Source of the DNA: Candidatus Saccharimonadales bacterium
GTDB taxonomy: Bacteria; Patescibacteriota; Saccharimonadia; Saccharimonadales; OMJO01
Reading direction: 5' to 3'
DNA: 64,000 nt
Assembly (NCBI GenBank): GCA_035480035.1
Contig: DATIID010000008.1
Coordinates: 74,401-138,400, forward strand
The notes below the pieces were generated by a model that saw only the letters and a list, made by a program, of their open reading frames with translations, was not told the DNA's origin and made no database searches. Position 1 is the stretch's first letter; the number at the start of each line of letters is the position of its first letter. Below, one piece after another: positions 28,585 to 37,115 of the stretch. The position numbers were made by a program, and so were the translations under genes.

Positions 28585-31500
28585 GTGAGTAATAACGACT
28601 TAGAGGAACGCGAAACTAGCGGTGACGATTTTTCCAAAAATCTCGATGCCAAATATTCAAAGGCTGAACGCAAAAAACTTGAAGAAAAATCTCAAAAAGA
28701 AGCCGAATCACCAACCACTGAGCAACTCGCTAAAGACCGGCAAGAATCGGCCAAGTCGGCCGGACAAGATGACGGTAACAGTATTCCGTTTCGACAAGAG
28801 AAAAAAAGCCGCTTCAAAGGCAAAGGTAAGGGGGGTAGCCGTAGTCTTGCCAAAAAAGCGCTGATTGGTGGCGGCATTGGTGGCGGCATCGTCGCGCTAA
28901 TAATTACGATCTTTGTTAGCTTGTTGCCACTTAAGTTAATTCACATTTTTGAAAACTTGCAGCAACATTTTTTTGGTACTAGCGAATCGGCTGTCCAAAA
29001 CCGCTCCGAAAGATTACTTAGCGACTACCTCAAAAAGAAAGTAGCGCCAGGTATGACTATCGGTGGACCTTGTGGTCGCTGGAGCACTATTGATAAAAAT
29101 TGTGTCAAAAACTCACCAACTGACTCCGCGTCTGGCCGTTTATATAACGCTTGGCGGGACGCCCGAATTGAGAACGACTTATCGTCTAAATTCGGCATTG
29201 AGCTAGCCAAGACCGGTCCAACCCAATTCAAATTAAGCATCAACGGCACTGATTCAGGTGTTAATGTTGATGGCTGGTTAAACTCGACTAATGACAAAAC
29301 AACATTGTGGACAGCTATTGGTGGTCGGTCAGACGTCCGTCAAACATTTCGGCAAGCCTTTCAGAACGAGACATACCTTAAAAGGATTATGTATCGCTTC
29401 AAGGTCGGACGTTTACTGGAGCGCAAGTACGGCATTAAGCGGTGTGTGTTTGCTTGTAACGCCAAAGATAAGTTCGATGACTGGGGCGATAACAGCAGCC
29501 AAGCCTTTAAGTTAATGGTGATTCGCCGGGTCATAATTCCACACACCCAGTTTGTCGGCTTTGCGTTAGAGTGTATCATCACCAATACCTGTGGCAATAA
29601 TACGACTACGGATGTTACCCAAGACGGTGAAGACAATCAACGCCGTGACACGCTTGAGAAAAAGATAGCCGCAATGCTGCAGAAAAACGCTGTCGAGTAT
29701 AGTGCCGATTCGGTTTCTAAAATCGCGACAGTGGCCGAGCAGATATTAAAATACGATAAAGCTGGTGGCTTTACGAATTATTTAATTCAAAGCATTGCCG
29801 ATTCGGTTAGTAGCGATCTGGTTAGTGGTGCCACCGAAAAAGCGATACCAATTATTGGCTATATTGATATGGCGGCCAAGGTCTGGAGTACTGTAGCCAA
29901 CGCCGGACCGAAGATTAAGCGCTGGACATTCGCTATCACGACGACGGCGATGATTACGTACTATATGATGGGCGCTTCGCAAGCCAGCGAGATTAAAGCC
30001 GGTCATACTAACCATCAGGTAACAGGGTCTTTGGTTAGCGCCCTAGGCAATACCGCCGGCAGCGCCGGCCACCAAAACCAGCCAGCCGAAAACGCACCGC
30101 TGTATACCGCCCTGATAGGTGGTAATGGCCCGCCGCAGCGTTCGATTATTAGTACTATGCTACCTAGCGCTTTAGCGGCCGATCCGGCTAATCCAGATTT
30201 ATCGCCAAAAGCCTACACCTGTGATGACGGTAGTATATTGAATACCGCAAAAAGCCTAGTTTGTCCCGAGGAAAGTGTTAAAGCCAGTAATATTTTTGTA
30301 AAAATTTCCGATTTGTTTCATAGTCCACCATTAAGCGGGATAACTACATTCTTCAATATTTGGAATAAAAGTATCGGCACGATCTTGGGTTGGGTTGGTA
30401 AAATAGGTGCTCTCGGGTGGAATGTTGTTGACAATATTTTAAATGGTATAGTGCCCGGCTATAAAAGCGCCAAAGATGCCATTTTGGCGCAGGTCGGAAA
30501 GTTACTCGAAGCCGTGGCCCAATGGCTCATACCGTCGCCGATATCTGACAACATGAGCGGTGCCAGATCGTTTGATATGTTAGCCGGTGGGGCCGATGCC
30601 GCCGGATCCGACTATTCGCATTATGGTTTAGGTGCCAAGCGGGTAACTGATCAAGTGGCGGCCAGGATAGAGCAAGAACAAGAAGACCAGGCTTTACAAG
30701 ATTTTCAAAGCCGGCCTTTCTTTGCGCGGATGTTTGATGTTCAGGATGCTCATTCGCTAGTCTCACAGCTAGCTATGGATGTGCCGATAAGCACCAACAC
30801 TATTGTCCAAAACGGTTTGGCGTCATTTATCTCAAATCCATTCACGAAAATATTCAACGGTTTTGCCGCTATGTTGCCGGGTGGCCAAAAAGTCCATGCT
30901 GCCCCAATCAATGACCCGTTTGGTATTCCGCAGTTCGCTTATGATTTAAATGATCCTGAAGTCCAGGCCGCCATGGGAGTAGACCCAGACACACTGACTG
31001 ATTCGGTTTGCGCTCAGATGAATAAAGACTGGGCTAACGGTACTGGTCAATTTGCTGGTACGCTAAAGATTGATCCCGATACCGGCAGTGATTACCACAC
31101 AAAAGTTGATCCCTGTTTATTAAATTCCGCGGCGGCCGGAAGCGCTGGTGGCTACTTCAGTACTGATGTATTGTCAGCGTCTGATCTAGGCCCGCCATCT
31201 TCTAACAACGGCAACAACAATCCGCCACCAACAGGAGGCGGAACTGGTGGTTATCATAATCCGTTTCATGATATGACTAATGTGTTGCAGAGCCGTATCG
31301 ATGAAGGCGTTGACTACGTCGCTAAGTCTGGCACGTCTGTGCCGGTTTACGCTATCGGCAATGGTGTAGTTGATATAGTTTCTTCAAACAGTACTTTTTA
31401 TACGACTTCGGCCGGTAACGCTGACTGGGTAACTTATCACCTAACTGATGGTCCGGCAGCTGGCAAATATATCTACATTGCCGAGGGCTGCCCCATTAGC

Positions 31501-31767
31501 ACAATTAGCCCGGGCGATAAAATCACCTGGCAGACGCGGCTGTGCGACATGGAGCCAGACAGCATTGAGATGGGCTGGGCGTCTGGTGGCACCATCCAAA
31601 CACCGGCGGCCAGCAATGTCTATATTGAGTGTCATCAAACAGCTTATGGTGTCAATTTTAATCAATTACTAGTTAAATTAGGCGCACCGACTGGCCATCC
31701 GGACACTGGTGGCGGAGCTTGTCTAAATATCGAGGGTAGCTTGCCGGGAGGGTGGCCGTCGTGGTGA
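28585..31767 (+). CDS. Large membrane-anchored T4SS-associated protein with C-terminal degenerate M23-like domain
   Basis: Charged N-terminus, TM at about aa 92-115, Cys-rich ectodomain, and RIDEGVDY...PVYAIGNGVV at the C-terminus. Confidence 0.65.
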   Translation: MSNNDLEERETSGDDFSKNLDAKYSKAERKKLEEKSQKEAESPTTEQLAKDRQESAKSAGQDDGNSIPFRQEKKSRFKGKGKGGSRSLAKKALIGGGIGGGIVALIITIFVSLLPLKLIHIFENLQQHFFGTSESAVQNRSERLLSDYLKKKVAPGMTIGGPCGRWSTIDKNCVKNSPTDSASGRLYNAWRDARIENDLSSKFGIELAKTGPTQFKLSINGTDSGVNVDGWLNSTNDKTTLWTAIGGRSDVRQTFRQAFQNETYLKRIMYRFKVGRLLERKYGIKRCVFACNAKDKFDDWGDNSSQAFKLMVIRRVIIPHTQFVGFALECIITNTCGNNTTTDVTQDGEDNQRRDTLEKKIAAMLQKNAVEYSADSVSKIATVAEQILKYDKAGGFTNYLIQSIADSVSSDLVSGATEKAIPIIGYIDMAAKVWSTVANAGPKIKRWTFAITTTAMITYYMMGASQASEIKAGHTNHQVTGSLVSALGNTAGSAGHQNQPAENAPLYTALIGGNGPPQRSIISTMLPSALAADPANPDLSPKAYTCDDGSILNTAKSLVCPEESVKASNIFVKISDLFHSPPLSGITTFFNIWNKSIGTILGWVGKIGALGWNVVDNILNGIVPGYKSAKDAILAQVGKLLEAVAQWLIPSPISDNMSGARSFDMLAGGADAAGSDYSHYGLGAKRVTDQVAARIEQEQEDQALQDFQSRPFFARMFDVQDAHSLVSQLAMDVPISTNTIVQNGLASFISNPFTKIFNGFAAMLPGGQKVHAAPINDPFGIPQFAYDLNDPEVQAAMGVDPDTLTDSVCAQMNKDWANGTGQFAGTLKIDPDTGSDYHTKVDPCLLNSAAAGSAGGYFSTDVLSASDLGPPSSNNGNNNPPPTGGGTGGYHNPFHDMTNVLQSRIDEGVDYVAKSGTSVPVYAIGNGVVDIVSSNSTFYTTSAGNADWVTYHLTDGPAAGKYIYIAEGCPISTISPGDKITWQTRLCDMEPDSIEMGWASGGTIQTPAASNVYIECHQTAYGVNFNQLLVKLGAPTGHPDTGGGACLNIEGSLPGGWPSW

Positions 31768-33140
31768 CACCCAAACGCCATCTGAGATTTACTCGATCTG
31801 GGTCAGCATTTGACTTGGTATTGATGTTGTTGGTTGGTGTATTACTAATTAATTTAACTTGGCCGGCTATCGTGTCGGCAGCTAGCCTTTCACAAGACGA
31901 CAAGGAAGCTATCGTTGGAAACTGGCCGCACTGGACGACCCAAAATTTTGCCAGTGATACTTCCACCACCGGCGGTGGAACTTGTGGTGGTTCAAACGGT
32001 GCCACTGATGGCGGCAAAGTTTATTTTTTGGGTGACTCCATCGGCGTTAGAACAACTCCGGCTTTAACCACCGCTTTAAGTGCTAAAGGCTTTAAGCTAA
32101 AGTCAGATTCGTTATCGTCTCGTACATTATCGGGCGGAAGTGTTTCGCCCGACGGCTTAACGGCCGCTCGACAAGCCGCCGACAAAGCCTTCATTAAAAC
32201 GGCTAACGTAATCGTGATTGAACTGGGTACTAATAGCTCAGGATTTTCAAATGCTAACATTGATAAGTTAATTAGCGAAATTCGGCCAATTGCTCAACCA
32301 GGTGCAAAATTTTATTGGGTTGATACAGTCGTGGTTGGTCGTGGTAATGCATATGCGTCATCTTTTAGCGCAACCAATCAGACTATTTATGGCCACAAAT
32401 CAATCGGTAATTACGCCGTTATATCTTGGAACAAGAAAGTATTGGGCGCTAACGCCAATCCCCTTAATATTAGGCCTAGTGCCGTTGATACAAATGGTTA
32501 TATTGATAAGACTGACCATCTAGGTGTACATCCGACTGTTCCAAAGGGCTCTAATGCTTTGGCTAATTTAATTACCACGGCCGTTGTTAATGGCGGCGGG
32601 GGTTGTAGTGGTGGTGGTACTGTTGCTGGTAACTGTAACGAAGATAAGGTGTGGAATTTCTTTATTGGCAAGGGCTTATCCCAGGTCGCTACCGCCGGTA
32701 TCATGGGCAACTTTCAGGCCGAGTCCCACTTTGAACCACGACTTGTTCAATATGGCGGCCGCAACTATAAAGGTCAGGTTTCAGTCCAGGGCCAACCCTC
32801 CAGTCTTGCCGACTATTTGAACGCCGATGGCACGACTGGCTACGGCATTGCCCAATGGACAGCAATTGGCAGACAAACTGGTTTACACAATTATGCTACT
32901 AGTAAAAAAACCATTGACGGCAATCTAACTACCCAGCTTGGTTGGGCCTGGACGGAAATTACCAGTCCGTATTTTGCCCACGTTTATCTGGTCTTAAAAA
33001 CCTCAAAGAATATTGCTGAAATCAATTCGGTCTTCGGACATGAATATGAAGGCTATGGTACAAATACTGAAGCCACTCGTCTACAATTCGGTCAGGATAT
33101 TTTAAACGCCCTGGGTGGCGGCGGAAGTTCGTGTACTTAA
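31752..33140 (+). CDS. Secreted SGNH hydrolase + phage-tail-lysozyme fusion
   Basis: FLGDSIG, IELGTN and GVHP (SGNH blocks); GIMGNFQAES and GYGIAQWT (Phage_lysozyme2-like); true start may be GTG 31764 overlapping the upstream TGA. Confidence 0.8.
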   Translation: MAVVVTPKRHLRFTRSGSAFDLVLMLLVGVLLINLTWPAIVSAASLSQDDKEAIVGNWPHWTTQNFASDTSTTGGGTCGGSNGATDGGKVYFLGDSIGVRTTPALTTALSAKGFKLKSDSLSSRTLSGGSVSPDGLTAARQAADKAFIKTANVIVIELGTNSSGFSNANIDKLISEIRPIAQPGAKFYWVDTVVVGRGNAYASSFSATNQTIYGHKSIGNYAVISWNKKVLGANANPLNIRPSAVDTNGYIDKTDHLGVHPTVPKGSNALANLITTAVVNGGGGCSGGGTVAGNCNEDKVWNFFIGKGLSQVATAGIMGNFQAESHFEPRLVQYGGRNYKGQVSVQGQPSSLADYLNADGTTGYGIAQWTAIGRQTGLHNYATSKKTIDGNLTTQLGWAWTEITSPYFAHVYLVLKTSKNIAEINSVFGHEYEGYGTNTEATRLQFGQDILNALGGGGSSCT

Positions 33141-33172
33141 GATGTTAAGTAAATTGAGAAAGAACTATCATC

Positions 33173-34687
33173 ATGAGAAATAAACTCGCGGCACTAGTCC
33201 TAATATTTGTGGTGTTAGTAGCGGCGATTTGGTTTAAGGGCCAGTCATTTCTAGAAATTACAATTAATAACGGAGCGGGCCAGCTGTCCTATAGCTTGGT
33301 TAATCAAAATTCTCAAAAAATAATTAGCCTAAAAAATTCTTCAAACCATATCAAAAAAAGATTACCAGTGGGCAACTATGAATTGGTGGCAACTAATGGC
33401 AGTGGCAGTTTTTTGGCAGTGGCCAAAACCCATGGTTTCTTTCGGACTACAAGTATTAGTGGGAGTCTACAACCTGAGCGGGAAAGACAGTTTATTGGTA
33501 ACGACCCCGGTTCATGTATGAATTACATTGATAAAATTTTAATTTCTTATGATTGTGGTAGTTTGTTGAGCGACGCGGTGATTCATGCACCCGCTACGGC
33601 TAAGTTACCCAGTTACATCTACAAAAATCCAGCTGAAACTTTTGGCGGCGGCGAATCAGGAGGTGAGGCTTCAGAGATCACGCTCAATGGTTATATCCAG
33701 GGCACAATTACTATTGGCAATGACTTATGGGCTTTAATCCAATCGACCGCTGGCAAAACTGGACCGGTCATAGCAATTGCTAAATTGAAAAATAATCTGG
33801 CGTTGGATGATCGGGTCGCTTTAAGTGACCTTGATATTGACCTGTCGTACAATATAAAGCCGTATAAAAGTGGGTTTATTGTTTATGACTCAACGTTTGG
33901 TGGCGATATTTATTATTACGCCACGCCTCAATCTAAACCCGATATATTAAGTTTTGTCCGTCCTCAGAGCCGTGATTTAGCGGCCACCAGTTTAGACACT
34001 CACGACAACAAGATTCTAATGTTTTACTCACAACCAACTACAGACTCAGGTAAAGCAACTTCGGAAATTGCCCTTAGTTCAGATGGTCATGAGTCCCATT
34101 TTAAGCTTAACAAAGCCTATATTAGGGTTGGCTTTTGTGGCTCTGATAAAGTTTGTGCACTTGGCGACAAGGGTTTGGACATTTACAACATTAGTGGCAA
34201 AAAGGCCGCCATGTTATTCGCGGTCAACGGCATTACCGATTTCAGGACGTATGGTGACAGAGTAATTGCGGTTCGTCAAAAAGATATCATCGATTTAGAC
34301 GTTAGTTCGCAAACCGGCTTCATTTCCTACAGTTTTGGAGATTACGAGTATGCTGACATTCAAGCCGACCAGACCGGTTACATTTTGCGCCTAAACGGCC
34401 CAAGCGGCAGCTCAGCCTTATTGATTGATGAAAAAAGTAATGTCACAACGGCGATTGATAAGAAAGTTTTGGAGATTGGCGCCTGGTCCGAAGTAAAGTC
34501 GGTTTCGGCTTATGGCAATTACGTCTTTATTTCGCCGAATATTGGTGAGCCTGATCAGTACAACAGTCAACTGCGGATTTTTGACTATGATCCAGCTAAA
34601 CGCCAAGCGGCCACTAATAGCATTAACCAAAAGTTGCCGCCTTTAAATATCGATAAAAAATATACGGTTGTTAATTTACTTCAATAG
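33173..34687 (+). CDS. Membrane-anchored extracellular beta-rich protein
   Basis: N-terminal TM, PEGA-like L..G.Y.L segment and beta-propeller-like composition. Confidence 0.6.
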   Translation: MRNKLAALVLIFVVLVAAIWFKGQSFLEITINNGAGQLSYSLVNQNSQKIISLKNSSNHIKKRLPVGNYELVATNGSGSFLAVAKTHGFFRTTSISGSLQPERERQFIGNDPGSCMNYIDKILISYDCGSLLSDAVIHAPATAKLPSYIYKNPAETFGGGESGGEASEITLNGYIQGTITIGNDLWALIQSTAGKTGPVIAIAKLKNNLALDDRVALSDLDIDLSYNIKPYKSGFIVYDSTFGGDIYYYATPQSKPDILSFVRPQSRDLAATSLDTHDNKILMFYSQPTTDSGKATSEIALSSDGHESHFKLNKAYIRVGFCGSDKVCALGDKGLDIYNISGKKAAMLFAVNGITDFRTYGDRVIAVRQKDIIDLDVSSQTGFISYSFGDYEYADIQADQTGYILRLNGPSGSSALLIDEKSNVTTAIDKKVLEIGAWSEVKSVSAYGNYVFISPNIGEPDQYNSQLRIFDYDPAKRQAATNSINQKLPPLNIDKKYTVVNLLQ

Positions 34688-34689
34688 AT

Positions 34690-35751
34690 TTATTTGACAA
34701 GCGGTATGATTCGGCTGTTGCCAGTAAAGTGCTGAACTACCACATCAGCGTCGGTCGTGGTAATAAAAGTTTGGTAATCTTGTAAGAAATTGGTTAGGGC
34801 GCGCCGTCTGGCGCCGTCTAATTCACTAAACACATCGTCAAGCAGTAGTATTGGCCGCTGCTCATAGCGTTTTTCAACGATATCGAGCTCAATAATTTTG
34901 AGAGCCAGCAGCAAGGTGCGAATCTCGCCACGTGACGCACTGTCTTGAATGTCGTGTCCGGCAAACGTTATTTTCAAGTCATCACGATGTGGTCCATAAG
35001 CCGTGAAGCCGCGCTCTAGGTCCAATTCAACACTAGCGTCCAGTTTGTGTAAAAACTGGCTACTGTACTGATTTAATGGAACTTTAGAATCATAGCTAGC
35101 TCTAACTTTAGCTCGACTGTTAGCTAGCTTATTATAAAGTTTCGGTAATTTTTGATCGATAGTGGCGACTAGTTTCTGGCGCTCCGTTACAATGTGGCCA
35201 CCTAACTCGCTCAACCGAACGTTCCAGGCAAAAAGTTGCTGACGAACATCGGTTGGGTGTTGTTTGAGCAAACGATTGCGTTGAGCTAGAGCTCGTTTGT
35301 ACTGCTGCCTAAGCGAACCGTAACCAACGACGGTTTGCTCCAGAAGATCGTCCAAATAATCGCGACGGGCTTCTGGACCACGTAAAAATAATTGCAGGTG
35401 GTTTGGTTCAAACAAGACGACGGCTAGCTGTTTGGGTTGAGTAATTCGTCGGCTGATTTGGTCATTTATGGTCAGGTTTTTTTCGACACTACCGGCCGGA
35501 TTATTAATTAGTTTTAGGATACGGTTGGCGTTTGGAGTATAGGCTTCGATGCGTGCCCAGGGTCGACCGTACTTAATCGTCTCCTGGTCTTTGGCGCGAT
35601 AAGATTTGCCGGCGCAAATCATTAAAATCGCCTCTAGTAAATTGGTTTTGCCACTGGCATTGGGGCCAACAATAATATTTACGCTGTCGTCGAACTCAAA
35701 CGAATCGTCTTTGTATGATCGGAAATTCTGAACCCGAATAGTGTTTAACAT
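34690..35751 (-). CDS. recF: DNA replication/repair protein RecF
   Basis: NFRSY, GPNASGKTNLLEAI, GPHRDD and LLLDDVFSELD motifs; start moved to ATG 35751. Confidence 0.95.
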   Translation of the reverse strand: MLNTIRVQNFRSYKDDSFEFDDSVNIIVGPNASGKTNLLEAILMICAGKSYRAKDQETIKYGRPWARIEAYTPNANRILKLINNPAGSVEKNLTINDQISRRITQPKQLAVVLFEPNHLQLFLRGPEARRDYLDDLLEQTVVGYGSLRQQYKRALAQRNRLLKQHPTDVRQQLFAWNVRLSELGGHIVTERQKLVATIDQKLPKLYNKLANSRAKVRASYDSKVPLNQYSSQFLHKLDASVELDLERGFTAYGPHRDDLKITFAGHDIQDSASRGEIRTLLLALKIIELDIVEKRYEQRPILLLDDVFSELDGARRRALTNFLQDYQTFITTTDADVVVQHFTGNSRIIPLVK

Positions 35752-35777
35752 TGTCTTTATTGTACTTGAGTCGTTAC

Positions 35778-36869
35778 CTAGCTCTTGAGCGGCATGATAA
35801 CGTGTAGATAATCGGTACTCTTGGGATCTTTCAAGACGCAAGGTTCAAGTTTGCCGTTAAACGCAAACACCACATCCTCGCCGTTCAAACAATTCAGAGC
35901 GTCTAAAATGTAGCGTGAGTTCAGTGTAATTGTGCTGTCGGTTGATACTTCAGCAGTGGCGCTAGCCACGTTCTCGCCAAGCTGTGAAGCAATCGAATGA
36001 ATGCTCAGCTGGTTGGCTTTTTTATCTAGATCAATGGTTACGCTGCCGGCGTTTTCGCGGGCAAATAGACTGGACACTTTGGTCACGTTAGTTAGTTCGG
36101 CGCGTTTAAGTTTAGCGGTATTAGCAAAATTAGTCGGAATTAGTTTGCGGTAATCTGGATAGTTGCCCTCAATTTGTCTGGTGACCAGCTCAATCTCGCC
36201 AACTTTAAATAAAACTTGTTGGTCGTCATGGACGATTTCAACCTCATCTTCTTCATCGCCAACAATTCGAAGCAGGTCCTGAATAGCTCCGGCCGGAATT
36301 AACATCTGGACATCGGTCTTAAGCTTGATTAGGCCCTTTTCGGCTAATCTATAGCTGTCGGTAGCCACCAAAAAAAGCTGGCCGTTGAAAGTATGGATAT
36401 AGACACCGGTTAAAACTGGCCGCGACTCATCGTTACTGGCCGCGACCACTACTTGATTAAGCCCACTTTTTAAGGTTTTACCGCCAAGTTTTAGGGTTTG
36501 ACCATTCGAAATGGCCGGCATAACCGGAAAGTCGTCAGCTGGGACACCGTTAATGACCGATTTATAACGATCGGTACTGATGTGAAGTTTATTATCTTCA
36601 AGCTTCAGTTCAATAACACTGCTCGGCAAGCTAGCCACAAAATCCTGCATCAGTCTAGCCGGTACTGTAATTGAGCCTTCTTGTTCAACTTTTGCGCCAA
36701 TGTATTGAGTTATCGCGACGTCAAGGTTGGTAGCCGCAATACTAAGCCGATTGTTAGTGGTTTTGATCAGAATGTTTGACAAAATAGGTAGAGTACCTCG
36801 AGTGATAGCAATGCGCGAAACATTGCCTAAGGCTTTAGTTAGGTTTTCTTGGGTAACTTGAAGTTTCAT
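35778..36869 (-). CDS. dnaN: DNA polymerase III beta clamp
   Basis: LPILSNIL, RPVLTG, ATDSYRL, YPDY and VIMP motifs; AGGAG SD. Confidence 0.97.
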   Translation of the reverse strand: MKLQVTQENLTKALGNVSRIAITRGTLPILSNILIKTTNNRLSIAATNLDVAITQYIGAKVEQEGSITVPARLMQDFVASLPSSVIELKLEDNKLHISTDRYKSVINGVPADDFPVMPAISNGQTLKLGGKTLKSGLNQVVVAASNDESRPVLTGVYIHTFNGQLFLVATDSYRLAEKGLIKLKTDVQMLIPAGAIQDLLRIVGDEEDEVEIVHDDQQVLFKVGEIELVTRQIEGNYPDYRKLIPTNFANTAKLKRAELTNVTKVSSLFARENAGSVTIDLDKKANQLSIHSIASQLGENVASATAEVSTDSTITLNSRYILDALNCLNGEDVVFAFNGKLEPCVLKDPKSTDYLHVIMPLKS

Positions 36870-37115
36870 ATTACTACTCCTTTATATAAGTTAGTTGTAG
36901 GATTAATAAACCCTGTGGAAACACTGGAAAACTTTTGCTCAACGGGGTTAGAGTGACAACCAAGCTGTGAACAATACTGTTTAATAGTTTGGTAAAAGAC
37001 TCGGAAAACTGATGGGTTTTCCCACACCACAGCAACACCAAGAACATGCCTGTGTATTAATCGATGGATTTGCCCACAAGTATGCCGTACATTATCAACA
37101 ACTTTTACCCATACT
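36870..37115. promoter_or_regulatory. oriC, dnaA-dnaN intergenic part with DnaA boxes and unwinding element
   Basis: Box-like 9-mers at 36914 (TGTGGAAAC), 36966 (TGTGAACAA), 37018 (TTTCCCACA), 37051 (TGTGTATTA), 37070 (TTGCCCACA) and 37092 (TTATCAACA); trio-like AT-rich tract at 36880-36910. Confidence 0.8.

Noticed and set aside
32640-33140. Phage-tail lysozyme as evidence of a prophage
   Set aside because: The domain is part of a signal-peptide-bearing protein in the T4SS operon, with no phage structural genes nearby
35752-35841. 30-aa N-terminal extension of RecF; likewise ORF-track starts at 16517, 19934 and 41827
   Set aside because: The extensions overlap neighbouring genes or promoters; downstream starts fit the family N-termini and the -10/SD signals
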